Source of the DNA: Octopus vulgaris
Lineage: Eukaryota
Length of the DNA: 64,000 nucleotides
Assembly: GCA_951406725.2 (NCBI GenBank)
Contig: OX597829.1
Span: forward strand, 124,001 to 188,000
Direction of reading: 5' to 3'
Position numbers and translations under genes: made by a program. Position 1 is the stretch's first letter, and every line of letters begins with the position of its first letter. The notes beneath the pieces are model-generated. The model did no database searches. It was not told the DNA's origin and saw only the letters and a list, made by a program, of their open reading frames with translations. Below, piece after piece: positions 1 to 12,240 of this stretch.

Positions 1-16
1 ACTGGCTCACACACAT

Positions 17-72
<56 letters not shown>

Positions 73-74
<2 letters not shown>

Positions 75-330
75 AGGCACAATGGCCCAGTGGTTAGGGC
101 AGTGGACTCGCGGTTTCGATTCCCAGACCGGGCGTTGTGAGTGTTTATTGAGCGAACACACCTAAAAAGTTCCACGTGGCTCCGGCAGGGGGGTGGCGAT
201 CTCTGGTGTATTCTTTTGCCACAACTTTCTCTCACTCTTTCTTCTGTTGGCCCGCTCACTTCGCCAGCGCATTGTGACCAGCGATGTGTAGTAGCAACAT
301 TTGATAGCCTGGTCGGTCACGGTGATCACA

Positions 331-333
<3 letters not shown>
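73..333 (+). mobile_element. tRNA(Arg-like)-headed SINE, family C (OR1-like), internally deleted, RTE-like 3' tail
   Basis: Head GGAGGCACAATGGCCCAGTGGTTAGGGCAGTGGACTCG with A/B-box-like motifs. Same head at 54499(-), 57010 and 57513. Confidence 0.85.
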
Positions 334-373
<40 letters not shown>

Positions 374-394
374 ATATAATATATATCTTGAGGC

Positions 395-925
395 CTAGAT
401 AGGTCTCAAGATGAACCGCAAGAAAACAAAATCCATGCGATCCGACAACGTACCAAAAGGCCGAATGGTGGTCGGCAGGACCATCCGCGCCAACCTCATC
501 GATAGCACAGTTCTACCTGCAATGATATATGGTTGTGAAACATGGGCTACCACAAAGAGAGAAGAGCCATGGAAAGGTCAATGCTTGGAATCTCATTGAG
601 AGAGCAGATCAGTAGCGAGATCATCAGACAGAAGTCCGGCGTGAGAGATGTCATCGTAGAGTATACACGCAGCAAGTTATAGATGGGCTGGACACGTCGC
701 CCGGTTCACCGATAATCGGTGGACGCACGCAGTTGTGGAGTGGTACCCACGCGAGAGGAAACGACCACTCGGAAGGCCCTCCACGACGGTGGAGTTACGA
801 TCTTAGGAGGGCGATTGGGACCACGTGGGTGAGGAAGGCGGGATCCAGTGAGGAGTGGACAGCGTGCTGTGACCAGTGGTATCAAATGGACGCCCGACGG
901 ACTGGTCAGTCGAGGTGATCAAGGG
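395..925 (+). mobile_element. RTE-clade LINE, 5'-truncated 3' fragment (RT C-terminus, frameshifted)
   Basis: Frames give GLKMNRKKTKSM, RANLIDSTVLPAMIYGCETW, MLGISLREQI, WAGHVARFTDNRWT..VVEWYPR..KRPLGRP and PPRRW, all typical of the RTE RT C-terminus. Confidence 0.9.
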
Positions 926-999
926 GATAATATATATAATATATATATATCACATATATAGAATATATGTATTATATATATATATATATATTTGTGTAA

Positions 1000-1230
1000 C
1001 TTTGTTCGTTTTCCCGTCCTTGTTTTTGTATACATTCGCTGCTTTCTTCCAATGAATCTAATGCTCTTAGCTTAGTCTTTCCTTGGGGCTGGCCAGATTG
1101 GTGCAATCTCAAGAATAATCAGCTGAAATCGCGAAGATAATCTGGTGCTTGACTGAGGATAGAGGGCTTCGAATGACTCGTCCTTGTTATCTTTCTATAT
1201 AGATGTTTTGTTGTCCCTTTTATGTGTCTA
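1000..1230 (+). mobile_element. Dispersed repeat, probable Penelope-like terminal repeat fragment
   Basis: Homologous to 6960-7200 and 61570-61840 (ATACATTCG..GAATCTAATGCTC.TAGCTTAGT..CCTTGGGGCTGGCC). The other two copies lie next to GIY-YIG fragments. Confidence 0.6.
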
Positions 1231-1519
1231 ATGAATCATAAACGGATATAGTCCTCTCCTAGTCCTCTAAGATTTGGCCCAGTGACGAAGCAAGAATATG
1301 ACATCTGGAGACAAAGGGTGCTGCACTCGCACTCTGTCGAAACTAATTTTTAGCTGAGTAGGAAACATGAAATGAAAAACCTTGCTCGAATACGCAACGC
1401 GTTGCTCAGCCCAGAAAGCGAACGCATGACCTTACGATTATGAGCCTAGCTCTCTAATCGCTAAGCCACGGTAGTGAAACCTTATATACTCCGTAAGATA
1501 TATTTATCATCAGATATAC

Positions 1520-1746
1520 GGCGAGCTGGCAGAACCGTTAGCGCGCCGGGCGAAATGCGTAGCCGTATTTCGTCTGCCGTTATGTTCTGAGTTCAAATTT
1601 CGCCGAGGTCGACTTTGCCTTTCATCCTTTCGAGGTCGATAAATAAAATACCAGTTACGCACTGGGGTCGATGTAATCGACATAATCCGTTTGTCTGTCC
1701 TTGTTTGTTTCCTCTATGTTTAGCCCCTTGTGGGTAATACGGAAAC
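1520..1746 (+). mobile_element. tRNA-headed SINE, family B, full length with 20-bp TSD
   Basis: GGCGAGCTGGCAGAA head. TSD AGATATATTTATCATCAGAT at 1496-1515 and 1747-1766. Confidence 0.92.
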
Positions 1747-2201
1747 AGATATATTTATCATCAGATTCATCTTAAAATTATTACTATGGACTTCTGTGTA
1801 AGTTTGCATTTGGTCCCTAAACTCACGGAGGTTCCCAGGCAACTGGTCGGTTTGTTTATGCTCAGAAAAGCATTACTAGAGAGAATGAACCGGGAAGCAC
1901 TACTAGAGAGAGAGTGAACACTGATCGCTTCCAGTAATGAGAAACGAACCACGGACACTTAGCTTGGTCGTTGGACCACATCATATAAATCTATGATTTG
2001 TTTAAGAGCGTCAGACAAACATAGATCGTACAAAGCATGTATTTACTTGAATTGCTTTAATTGAAGTACCTACATCTCCCTCTCCTTCCTAATTTGTGAC
2101 TCTTTTTTATTTTCAGATTAACAAAAAAAAAAATCGCGCCTCTCCCAACACACATCTCATTATTATAAATTAAGGAAATTCGATTCTCATTTGGAATTCT
2201 T

Positions 2202-2214
2202 TGACCTTTGACCC
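2202..2214 (-). promoter_or_regulatory. DR1 nuclear-receptor-type element (GGGTCA-A-AGGTCA)
   Basis: TGACCTTTGACCC in non-repetitive sequence; motif match only. Confidence 0.25.
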
Positions 2215-2375
2215 AACACCTGCATTCTATTGCTTTGCTTTGGTCCTTTTGATATGAATAGGGAAAAAAGAAATCACATTATTAGTTAATAAATGTTGCT
2301 ACCATACCGTGTTATTTGTCTTCGACAATACACTTTCAAATAAATCATATTTATCAACAGCAAGGGGAGAGGTTT

Positions 2376-2441
<66 letters not shown>

Positions 2442-2646
2442 TTGTAGCCTATTGTTTTGTTTCCTGGGTAATACTGTAGCCAATTGTTTTATATCCTGGT
2501 ATTTACTGACGCCTATATTTTGAATACTTGGAACTACTTAAGCCTATTGCTTCGTATTCTTACTATTAATATAACCTAGTGTTAGCTTGCCGTTCAAGTT
2601 GCCTATTGTTTTATATTCTTTGGTACTTTTGTTGCTTATTGTTTTA

Positions 2647-3144
2647 TAACTGTTTTTCTAATGTCACCTATTTCGTTTTTGGATTTGGTTTGCAAGATTC
2701 TTTATATGAGTTCGTGTATTGAAGCATATTCTCTTGTGTCTGGGGAGAGTCATTTTATTTTTGTGCCTTAATAACTGTTTTTCTAATGTCACCTATTTCG
2801 TTTTTGGATTTGGTTTGCAAGATTCTTTATATGAGTTCGTGTATTGAAGCATATTCTCTTGTGTCTGGGGAGAGTCATTTTATTTTTGTGCCTTAATAAC
2901 TGTTTTTCTAATGTCACCTATTTCGTTTTTGGATTTGGTTTGCAAGATTCTTTATATGAGTTCGTGTATTGAAGCATATTCTCTTGTGTCTGGGGAGAGT
3001 CATTTTATTTTTGTGCCTTAATAACTGTTTTTCTAATGTCACCTATTTCGTTTTTGGATTTGGTTTGCAAGATTCTTTATATGAGTTCGTGTATTGAAGC
3101 ATATTCTCTTGTGTCTGGGGAGAGTCATTTTATTTTTGTGCCTT
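2647..3144. repeat. Young tandem array, 4 x 125 bp
   Basis: Essentially identical units start at 2647, 2772, 2897 and 3022. Confidence 0.95.
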
Positions 3145-3370
3145 ATAATATAAGACACTGACCGGTAAAATTTCCACTTTTTTCTTATTTTTATTTTCCT
3201 AAAATTTTCGTTGCGTCTTGCAACCGAGAGTCAAAACTATTGAAAAGGTTGCAAGACGCAACGAACATTTTAGGAAAATAAAAATAAGAAATAAGTGGAA
3301 ATTTTACCGGTGAATGTGTTATATTATAAGGCACAAAAAGAAAATGACTCTCCCCAGACACAACAGAATA
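3101..3370. repeat. Long inverted repeat (~124-bp arms, ~21-nt spacer), probable PLE terminal repeat with inverted copy
   Basis: 3101-3225 is the near-perfect reverse complement of 3247-3370. The insertion is flanked by the direct repeat TAATGTCACCTA. Confidence 0.85.
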
Positions 3371-3964
3371 ATGTCACCTAGTTTTTGCATTATTGGAATC
3401 TCTTAAGCTACTGATTTCTTATTCTTGCTGCTACTCAAGCCTATAGGTTTAGACTCTTGCTACTCTTATAGCCTTGTTTTGTATTCTTGATTGTAGTAAA
3501 ACCTATTGTTTCGCATTCTTGCTGCTGCTATACACTATTGTTTTGTATACTTGACTCCGCTGGAATTTGTTTTATATGTTTGTTACTACTGAAGCCTATT
3601 GTCTTATATTTTTGCTTCTCTAGTTGCCTATTGTTTTATATTCTTGCTTATACTGGCGCCTATGTTTTGTTATCATTGATACTGCCCCAGTCTATTGTTT
3701 TATATCTTTGATACTACTCAAGTCCTTTCTTTCGTATTCTTGTTACAATTATTGCCTATTGTTCTGTATTTACGTGAAAGTATAGATTTTTTCTTATCGT
3801 CTTTCACTTTTCAATTCCTTTAATTTTGTTCCAATTGCTTTCAAACTTGATGTATCAATGTAGTTGTGTATGGTAATTATGTAAATGAAATTCATTTTTA
3901 TCATAAACTAATAAATAAAAAGTTAATAGCTTTTAAACGTAGCAAGTTTGGGGTAGTTTTAGCC

Positions 3965-4062
<98 letters not shown>

Positions 4063-4351
4063 TGTAGTAGTAGTAGTAGTAGAAATAAGAGCAGTAGTAG
4101 TATTCGTTGTTATAGTATCATTCTCAACATTCCGCTCCCGCTACTGGTACTACTACTTCTACTAAACACTAAACAACAACAACAACAACAATAGCAATGA
4201 TGATAATGAAGTGAAGAAGAAGAAGAGGGAGAGGTGGAGCGTCCGCTTTGATCTGTATTTAACTCTCGGTTGGTTTGTCCAAACCACCGAGCGTATAATA
4301 ACATTGTTTATATTTAAATGGTCCGTAACGTCACCCATACGCACACAGTCC

Positions 4352-4815
4352 TGTATGTATGTATGTATGTATGTATGTATGTATGTATGTATGTATGTAT
4401 GTATGTATGTATGTATGTATGTGTGTATGTATGTATGTATGTATGTATGTATGTATGTATGTATGTATGTATGTATGTATGTATGTATGTATGCATGTAT
4501 GTATGTATGTATGTATGTATGTGTGTATGTATGTATGTATGTATGTATGTATGTATGTATGTACGTACGTATGTATTATGTATGTATGTATGTGTGTGTG
4601 TATGTATGTATGTATGTATGTATGTATGTACGTACGTATGTATGTATGTATGTATGAGTATGTATGTATGTATGTATGTATGTGTGTGTGTATGTATGTA
4701 TGTATGTATGTATGTATGTATGTATGTATGTATGTATGTGTATGTATGTATGTATGTGTGTATGTATGTATGTATGTATGTGTGTGTGTATGTATGTATG
4801 TATGTATGTATTTAT
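4352..4815. repeat. (GTAT)n microsatellite, preceded by (GTA)n at 3967-4082
   Basis: Direct reading. Confidence 0.98.
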
Positions 4816-5533
4816 GTATAGATAGATAGATGGATGGTTGGATGGATTGATGAATGGATGAATGTGTGAATGTATGAATTTATTTATATCCATATATATA
4901 TGTGTATATATGTGTGTGTGTATAAGTGTATATATATCCATATACATAGAAATATATTTATATTGTTTATACAAACATATACAAACATATATGTTATCAC
5001 GTAGTGAATGCTCATTTATTTGTTTGTTACCACGTGGTACGGTTGTATTGATGGTGGTGGGGATAGCGGTGATGCTGCTGGTGCTGATGGTAATGGCAGT
5101 GATGGTGGTGATGGTGGTGGAGGAGGCAGAAGAGGAGTGGTTGTTAGCCTTCCATTACCTGGTTCATAAAACTCGGTATAATCAAATTGCGATTATAGGA
5201 GAAATATACTGAGTAATCTAGCGGCTAAGCTGAGACGGATTGGTTGAGCAATTCCGCTGCATGTATAAAATACACGCTCCGATACTCGTCAGCCATGCTT
5301 AAAATATAACAACAATGCTTTTTCATTTGATAAAGCTGGCGAGGCCGAGGCAAAGAGTATATAACTCAGAGAAGAAGTATTTCTAGAATAAATAAATAAA
5401 TATTGTTACAGTCAATTTAGCGAACAATATGCCGGAAGGACAGGCCATTCAATACAAAGTTATGAACTCGAATTATTAACAATATAGCACTAACATTGAA
5501 AATATTTCTATGTTCGTTTTTGCTGAAATGTAG

Positions 5534-5580
<47 letters not shown>

Positions 5581-5719
5581 TGTGTGTATAAGTATCTGTC
5601 TATATGTTTGCCTGTCTGTCTGTATGTTTATCTATCTGTCTATCTGTCGCTACCATTCGACTTCTTTCTCTCTTTCCCTATCGTTATATGTGTGTATATA
5701 TATATGTGTGTGTGTGTGT

Positions 5720-6200
5720 AAGTAATATTTATCGCCACCTCAACATGGCTGTTCCGTAGGTACCAACGTTACTACCATATTAACCCCAGGAGGACGTCTC
5801 TCCCCCAGCTGGTTATTCGATGCAATCGCCACCCGATATATATTGCAAGTAAGGGAGTGAACCGCTGCCATCTTCCCAACCTCTTTGTACTCATCCCCAT
5901 TAGTGGATACTCGTCCACTAGAGATAACAGTAATTCACTCCTGCTCGCAATATAGAGAAAATAAGTGAAACCCAATCACTGATTTGCAAGAAGCAAATTA
6001 GCTAATTAGAAAATCTTTATAAGAGATGAAAGAATTATAAAAAGAAGTAATGTTTATCGCCTCTTCAGCATGGCTGTCCCAACAATACTAACATTTTAAC
6101 CCCAAGTGGACACCAACATCAGTTCCTACGGAACATCCGTGTTGATGTGGTGACAAAAATTACTTCTCAGTATAGTTACAGCGTTCATTTCTCATAGACA
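5720..6200. mobile_element. TIR-bounded MITE family D: one partial copy plus one internally deleted copy (6013-6200)
   Basis: AAGTAATGTTTATCGCC..CATGGCTG on the left and its reverse complement ..GATGTGGTGA..TTACTTCTCAGTATAG on the right. Homologous to 9424-10274. Confidence 0.65.
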
Positions 6201-6221
6201 TTTTCGAAGTAGCTATATATA

Positions 6222-6447
6222 TCTTTTATCTTTTACTTGTTTCAGATATTATACTACGGTCATGCTGTGGTACCACCTCGAATTTTTAGTTGACTGAATC
6301 GACCACAGTACTTTATTTTTTAAACCTGGTACTTATTCTATCGGACCTTTTGCCGAACCGCCAAGTTACGGGAACGTAAATACAGTGGGACTGAACCCGT
6401 AACCATGTGGATGGGAAGCAAGCTTTTTTACCACACAGCCACTCCTT
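6222..6447 (-). mobile_element. SINE family A, internally deleted
   Basis: Tail and head of the GGCGCAGGAGTGGCTGTGTGG family joined directly. Confidence 0.8.
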
Positions 6448-6495
6448 ATACATTTCTCTACCTTTCACACTTTGCACTCTACTTTGATCTGTCCC

Positions 6496-6538
<43 letters not shown>

Positions 6539-6759
6539 ACTTCTCCTACTTTTCTCTTTTCTTGCCTCTGATTCTTTGGTCTATTCTTCCCCCCCACTCT
6601 CTCACAATTCTCTTTCTTTCTCACTTTGCACTCACTAGCCCTCCTTGGCACACCCTCTTTCTTCTCCCCTCTTTAATTCCTTCTTTCTCTCTCTTCTCCC
6701 CCCTTTGTTGCCTTCGTCCCTTTTTTTTCTCTCTCTGTTTCTTTTGCCCCCCTTCTTTT

Positions 6760-7205
6760 CTCTCTCTTCATCACGTGACCGCTGGTCAAAATCAGCCTTT
6801 TGGCCTCCGACCACTGCCGTGAGAACATCGTTGTCTTCGTCCGCCGATAAAGGCATTTTTTTCAAAATACGCCAGCTAAACTTGTACAGTTTATTAGTCG
6901 TAAGACACCCGCTGTTTTTGTCCTGTTTTTACCATTATTGTTTTTTGTATTTTATATTCGTGTGGCGTCGTCCGTTTTTCCGTCCCTGTTTCGTATACAT
7001 TCGATCCTTCTTCAAAGAAATCTAATGCTCGTAGCTTAGTTTTTCCTTGGGGCTGGCCGGATCGGAGCGGTCTCAAGATTAATCAGCCGAAATTGCTAGG
7101 ATGATCGGGTTCTTGACTGAAGATTGGAGGCTTCGAATGTCATGTTCGTGTTTTTTGTATCGTTTTCTAAATGTTTTACGTTCTTGTCCCAGTTTGTATT
7201 TTTCT
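6760..7205 (+). mobile_element. Probable Penelope-like terminal repeat fragment
   Basis: Colinear with 61340-61840; ends at (TA)n. Confidence 0.6.
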
Positions 7206-7211
7206 ACATAT

Positions 7212-7262
<51 letters not shown>

Positions 7263-7303
7263 TATATACATATATATATACATATATATATACATATATA
7301 TAC

Positions 7304-7369
<66 letters not shown>

Positions 7370-7399
7370 TTATACATAAACATACACACACATGGATGT

Positions 7400-7668
7400 G
7401 GCCATGGTGGAGCACAGTGGAACCAGCCCCGACTTACTTGAAGGCTCGGATTTCCCATTCAAACCAGGACAGAGGTTCATAATTACAACTAGATTCACTT
7501 GTGCCTCTGAGAACCTAATTTATGTAATAACCTACTGGGGTTGCGGACACAACTATATTGGACAGATGAGTGTGACCTTGAGAAGGAGAACCACTCTACA
7601 TAAAGAGCAAATCCGTTTCCCACAATACAGGCAAATTCCTCTCAGTGAACATATTGAAAAATGTGCCC
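7400..7668 (+). mobile_element. Penelope-like element GIY-YIG endonuclease fragment
   Basis: FTCASENLIYVITYWGCGHNYIGQ..LRRR..LHKEQIR..SEHIEKC matches the PLE GIY-YIG motif layout. Flanked by microsatellites. Confidence 0.88.
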
Positions 7669-7747
7669 ATGCACACATACGTGCACACCTGCCTATACAT
7701 ACATACATGCACACATACATACATACATACATACATACATACATACA

Positions 7748-7783
<36 letters not shown>

Positions 7784-7945
7784 CACGCATATACGCATAT
7801 AGATATGCATGTAAGTATGAAAGATCAAAATGGAATGTGGAAATGATTGATAGAAAAGGACGAAGGATAAAACACATGGAAATCTTTTTATCAGCCATGG
7901 AGACCAGATTAAAGTAAAGTTCAGTTTCGGCGCGTTTCAAGTCAT

Positions 7946-8385
7946 TATGTATGTATGTATGTATGTATGTATGTATGTATGTATGTATGTATGTATGTAT
8001 GTATGTATACATGTATGTATGTATGTATGTATGTATGTATCTATGTATGTATGTATGTATGTATACATGTATGTATGTATGTATGTATGTATGTATGTAT
8101 GTATGTATGTACGTGTGTGTGTATGTATGTATGTATGATTGTATGTATGTATGTATGTACGTGTGTATGTATGTATATATGTATGTATATATGTATGATT
8201 GTATGTATGACTGTATATATATATGTATATAGGTGTGTATGTATATATGTACGTGTGTATGTATTTATGTATGTATGTATGTTTAAATGCATGTATGTAT
8301 GTACGTGTGTATGTATTTATGTATGTATGTATGTTTAAATGTATGTATGTATGTACGTGTGTATGTGTGTATGTATGTATTTGTA
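7946..8385. repeat. (GTAT)n microsatellite, inverted relative to (CATA)n at 7696-7775
   Basis: Direct reading. Confidence 0.97.
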
Positions 8386-8848
8386 CACACACACATGCAC
8401 ACACAAGGGGTTGATTCCTGCGACTTCTCTGATGGCTGACCAGATCTGCATGACTCAGGGCATTTCTTCCGACAAATTATACCCTTAAAAGGCAACACTC
8501 CTTCATTTTCTCTCGGTTCGTTCTTTCTAAGCTTTCCCCTGATCTTCTTGTGCGTCATTCTCTCTCTTTAAAACTTTTGAACAGCTACTGGAAACACTTT
8601 TCCTCCATCCATTGTGCTTCTCTCTCTCCCAATTGTTCACAACAGAACATGTGTAATCTGTGGAAACGGTGTGCTGTTCAATTGGAGGATTAAAAAAGGA
8701 CATGTCAAAAGACTCCATTCTGTGGCACCTGCTCCTTCTGCCAGCCGGCACAACTGTGCATTATGTAAATAAAATGTGCAAATCTTTGTCAGTGTTCAAG
8801 AGTCATATTAGGGCCTCTGTCTTTGCTTGTATACGAGAAAACAGCCAC

Positions 8849-8879
<31 letters not shown>

Positions 8880-8892
8880 GCACACACACACA

Positions 8893-8966
<74 letters not shown>

Positions 8967-9120
8967 CAGGTGTGCGCATAGCACATAGTTAACATTTGAA
9001 AGTAAAGTATGAGATATTTTGTCAGTAACTACTCTAAATATATGTTAGTTACTCAGAGATAAATCATGTAGCAGGACATGCTAGGTACGCTGGTATTATT
9101 ATGCTATGTATAATAATGCA

Positions 9121-9349
9121 GGGCGAGCTGGCAGAGTGGTTAGCGCGCCGGGCGAAATGCTTCGCGGTATTTCGTCTGCCGTTACGTTCTGAGTTCAAAT
9201 TCCGCCGAGGTCGACTTTGCCTTTCATCCTTTCGAGGTCGATTAAATAAGTACCAGTTATGCACTGGGGTCGATGTAATCGACTTAATCTGTTTGTCTGT
9301 CCTTGTTTGTCCCCTCTGTGTTTAGCCCCTTGTGGGTAGTAAAGAAATA
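9121..9349 (+). mobile_element. SINE family B with TSD GGTATTATTATGCTA
   Basis: Full body; direct repeat at 9092-9106 and 9350-9364. Confidence 0.92.
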
Positions 9350-9607
9350 GGTATTATTATGCTAGGTATGCTGAAAGTTGTCGCTAATTTACGGGTAAGA
9401 ATTTTAAAGTCCTGAACGCCAATAGTCTATAAATGTGTAATGAAGTAAAAGGCGTTTATCGTCATATCAATATGAATTGGTCTATAGGAATCGATGTTAC
9501 TACCGTTTCTAACCGCAGAAGAAGCCTCCTATAGTTTGTTATTGATGCAATCTGCACCCGATGCAAGTAAGAGATCAAATTCCATAATTTTCTAGTAGAC
9601 GACGGGA

Positions 9608-9655
9608 TCACCAGACGTACAATTTCGGGCTATTTGTTCCCATCGTCAGTGGTGA
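9608..9655 (-). ncRNA. Type I hammerhead ribozyme motif, intact core
   Basis: UCACCA-CUGACGA-U-GGG(9 nt)CCC-GAAA-UUGUAC-GUC|UGGUGA: 6-bp stem I, 3-bp stem II, weak stem III. Confidence 0.7.
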
Positions 9656-9887
9656 ACACTCACCCGCTATAGATAGCAGTAATTCGCTCCAGCTCGCAAT
9701 ATATAGAAAACTAATGACAGTCAACCACTGTAGAACATGGTAGGGGTTCTCTCCCCTGCTTGTAATATATATCGGGTGCAGATTGCATCGATAACCAACT
9801 GGAGGAAGCTCCTCTTAAAGTAGTAACGTCGATTCTTATGGAACAGCCATATGTGATGTGGTGATAATCATTACTTCTCAGTATAGT

Positions 9888-10243
9888 GTCCCCAAAGTCC
9901 ATCCCCTCCTCACTGTGGTGGGGAGCTATGCCGTCGGGAACTTCGGTTCCTGGTAGGGCCACCCAAGGCGGATTGGTCTGACACTGAGTGGTATTAGGGC
10001 CACAACCCGGCAGACAGGGCTCTGGTGAAAAATCCTCAGAGTGTCTGTTTCGGCAACCGGCGGCTCCTCGGTCGTTCTGTCCCTGCATCTGCGGACAATC
10101 TGCGGCAAACAGGATGTCTCTGCATGCGGGATTGTTGGGAACCGCTTGTGAAATCCACATATTCTCACGAAACTTCTTCCATGAGTAGAAGAAGCCGACT
10201 CAACCCGCCCCAGGGTGAATGTCACCACAAGTACAAGTAAGTT
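9888..10243 (+). mobile_element. 356-bp non-autonomous RTE-derived retroelement with 8-bp TSD
   Basis: TSD AGTATAGT at 9880-9887 and 10244-10251. Head has GGGCCACCCAAG, recalled from RTE/BovB 5' regions; tail is CAAGTACAAGTAAGT. Confidence 0.7.
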
Positions 10244-10493
10244 AGTATAGTTACTACTGTCATCTCTTATAGAGAAGTAAAACATATTGGATTCAAGACG
10301 TAAAAGCAACAGTACATTGCATGATAACATGAACAAGGCCAGGGAGTGAGTAATTCAGGACAAATCCTAGGCACACACTCCCAGTAGCACTTCTTGGTGG
10401 AGTTCAACCGATCTTTCGACCTCCACGTTGTCTACAATGGATTAGCAAAGGGTATGATATAATAGATAGCAAAGAATATACCATCAGTGAGTG

Positions 10494-10571
<78 letters not shown>

Positions 10572-10866
10572 TGTGTGTGTTGTAGAATTTAATTCTTCAG
10601 TTCTCTTCTTTCCATTTTTAAGAAGACTTTCCTGTTTACGAGCCTGTAATAATTTCACCTCCTCAACCACCATCTTCAGCTCTTCCTTCGCTCTTAAACA
10701 TTATTTCCATACAAAAATCAGAGCTGGCTATAATTTCTATCGAACATCTGTAGAGATAATCCTGACAAAGTAACGTTAAAGCGCGCTACTAACGCAGTAG
10801 AACTTGGTATTGACTTATAAAAGCATTTAATATCCCTTATAGTATATTACTATTGCATAACGAATA

Positions 10867-11095
10867 CCTATTTCTTTACTACCCACAAGGGGCTAAACAC
10901 AGAGGGGACAAACAAGGACAGACAAACGGATTAAGTCGATTACATCGATCCCAGTGCGTGACTGATACTTAATTTATTGACCCTGAAAGGATGAAAGACA
11001 AAGTCGACCTCGGCGGAATTTGAACTCAGAACGTAACGGCAGACGAAATACGGCTAAGCATTTCGCCCGGCGTGCTAACGTTTCTGCCAGCTCGC
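10867..11095 (-). mobile_element. SINE family B
   Basis: Reverse complement of 9121-9349; TSD about GCATAACGAA(A)TACC. Confidence 0.92.
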
Positions 11096-11419
11096 ATAAC
11101 GAAATACCACGTACCTACAAATCATTAGTATTTGTGTACCAGCTTCCAGGGTTGCTTTTAATATGCAAAAGTGGTATACATAGTAGCTATTTAAGCAATG
11201 TGTTCGCGGATGATTAATGGGTTAAATGAGTGCTAAAGAAGGGGCAAAACACCGAAATAAGGCATATGCGCCCATTATCCATTTTTATCTTCGTTTGTAT
11301 ATATATCTGACGTCTCCTATTCGAAACGTAGCAACAAAACTCAGTGCTGGTTATAATTTCTATAACCTTAATAAAATAACGACGTACACGTATACGTATA
11401 TATCTCCATTTATGTATAT

Positions 11420-11625
11420 GCGTGTGTACTTGTTCCCCATCACAGCTTGACAACCGGTGTTGGTGTGTTTAGTTCCTCGTAACATAGCAGTTCGGCAAAC
11501 TATAGAATAAGCACTAGGTTTCAAAAAATAAGTCTTAGGGTCGATTTGTTCGTCTAAAAACTGTTCAATGTGGTGCCCCAGCATGGTCGCAGTTAAAAGA
11601 CTGAAACAAGTAAAGTATAAAAGAC
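11420..11625 (+). mobile_element. SINE family A, 3' half
   Basis: GCTTGACAACCGGTGTTGGTG..CCAGCATGG..GACTGAAACAAGTAAA. Confidence 0.8.
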
Positions 11626-12240
11626 AAACCAGTCTCGTACTTCAAATATCTCGGCAACGGAATCTGCAATTACTCTAAAAGTCAGCATTCTTTAAAAAGA
11701 GCATTTCTCTATTAAAAAGAATATTATCACTAACCATTTCACACTTAATCCGAAATTTCCCATTTCCAGGGTAATCTGCGTTTCCAGTCTCTGGAATGTG
11801 CACAGGATATGTACCACACAGAGTTACCACATCAACATATTTGATATCTTCAGAAAATACTTTAACTCGCTTTAGAAAACATGTTTGCACACACAAAAAT
11901 CTTCCATCTAACCAACACCCCGATGTATTCGATACACAAAACCAGCTGAGATCCTCCAAGACATGCATTGCACACGTCTAACTCATGTGTTTCCAGTGTG
12001 ATATACCACAGTTAGCTACTGTAACCGGAATCAGTGCTCGACTGCAGAACGAACGAACAGACTCAGAGACCAAAAACAAAAGATCACATTGAAGAGGAGA
12101 AGCAAAAAATCTTCAAAGCGGAAGACGACTTTGTATTTAAAGGTTCTTTCTGGCAATCGCATTTTTTTTCTTGTAAGAAAATGCATTCTATGCGAATAGG
12201 AGTAGCAACAAAAGAGGCATATATACAAAAGTTACCCATA

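Larger units (their letters stand above)
2441..3770. repeat. Old degenerate ~31-bp minisatellite (GCCTATTGTTTTGTATTCTTG.. unit), interrupted by an insertion
   Basis: Motif recurs at about 2448, 2479, 2512, 2542, 2575, 2601, 2634 and 2666, then resumes after 3380. Confidence 0.7.
9424..10274. mobile_element. MITE family D carrying a hammerhead motif, with right TIR split by a nested insertion
   Basis: Left TIR about 9424-9505; right TIR 9820-9887 plus 10252-10274, matching 6120-6200. Confidence 0.65.

Noticed and set aside
1152-1185. CTGAGGA..CTTCGAAT hammerhead-like string (also at ~7116 and ~61730)
   Set aside because: GAAT/TAAT replaces GAAA and there are no consistent stems I and III.
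2647-3144. CRISPR-like regular array
   Set aside because: Units are fully identical with no unique spacers, and the context is eukaryotic.
11675-11968. 97-aa ORF in unique sequence; likewise the ORFs at 8283-8751
   Set aside because: No motif or convincing splice-site pair recognised; left unexplained.
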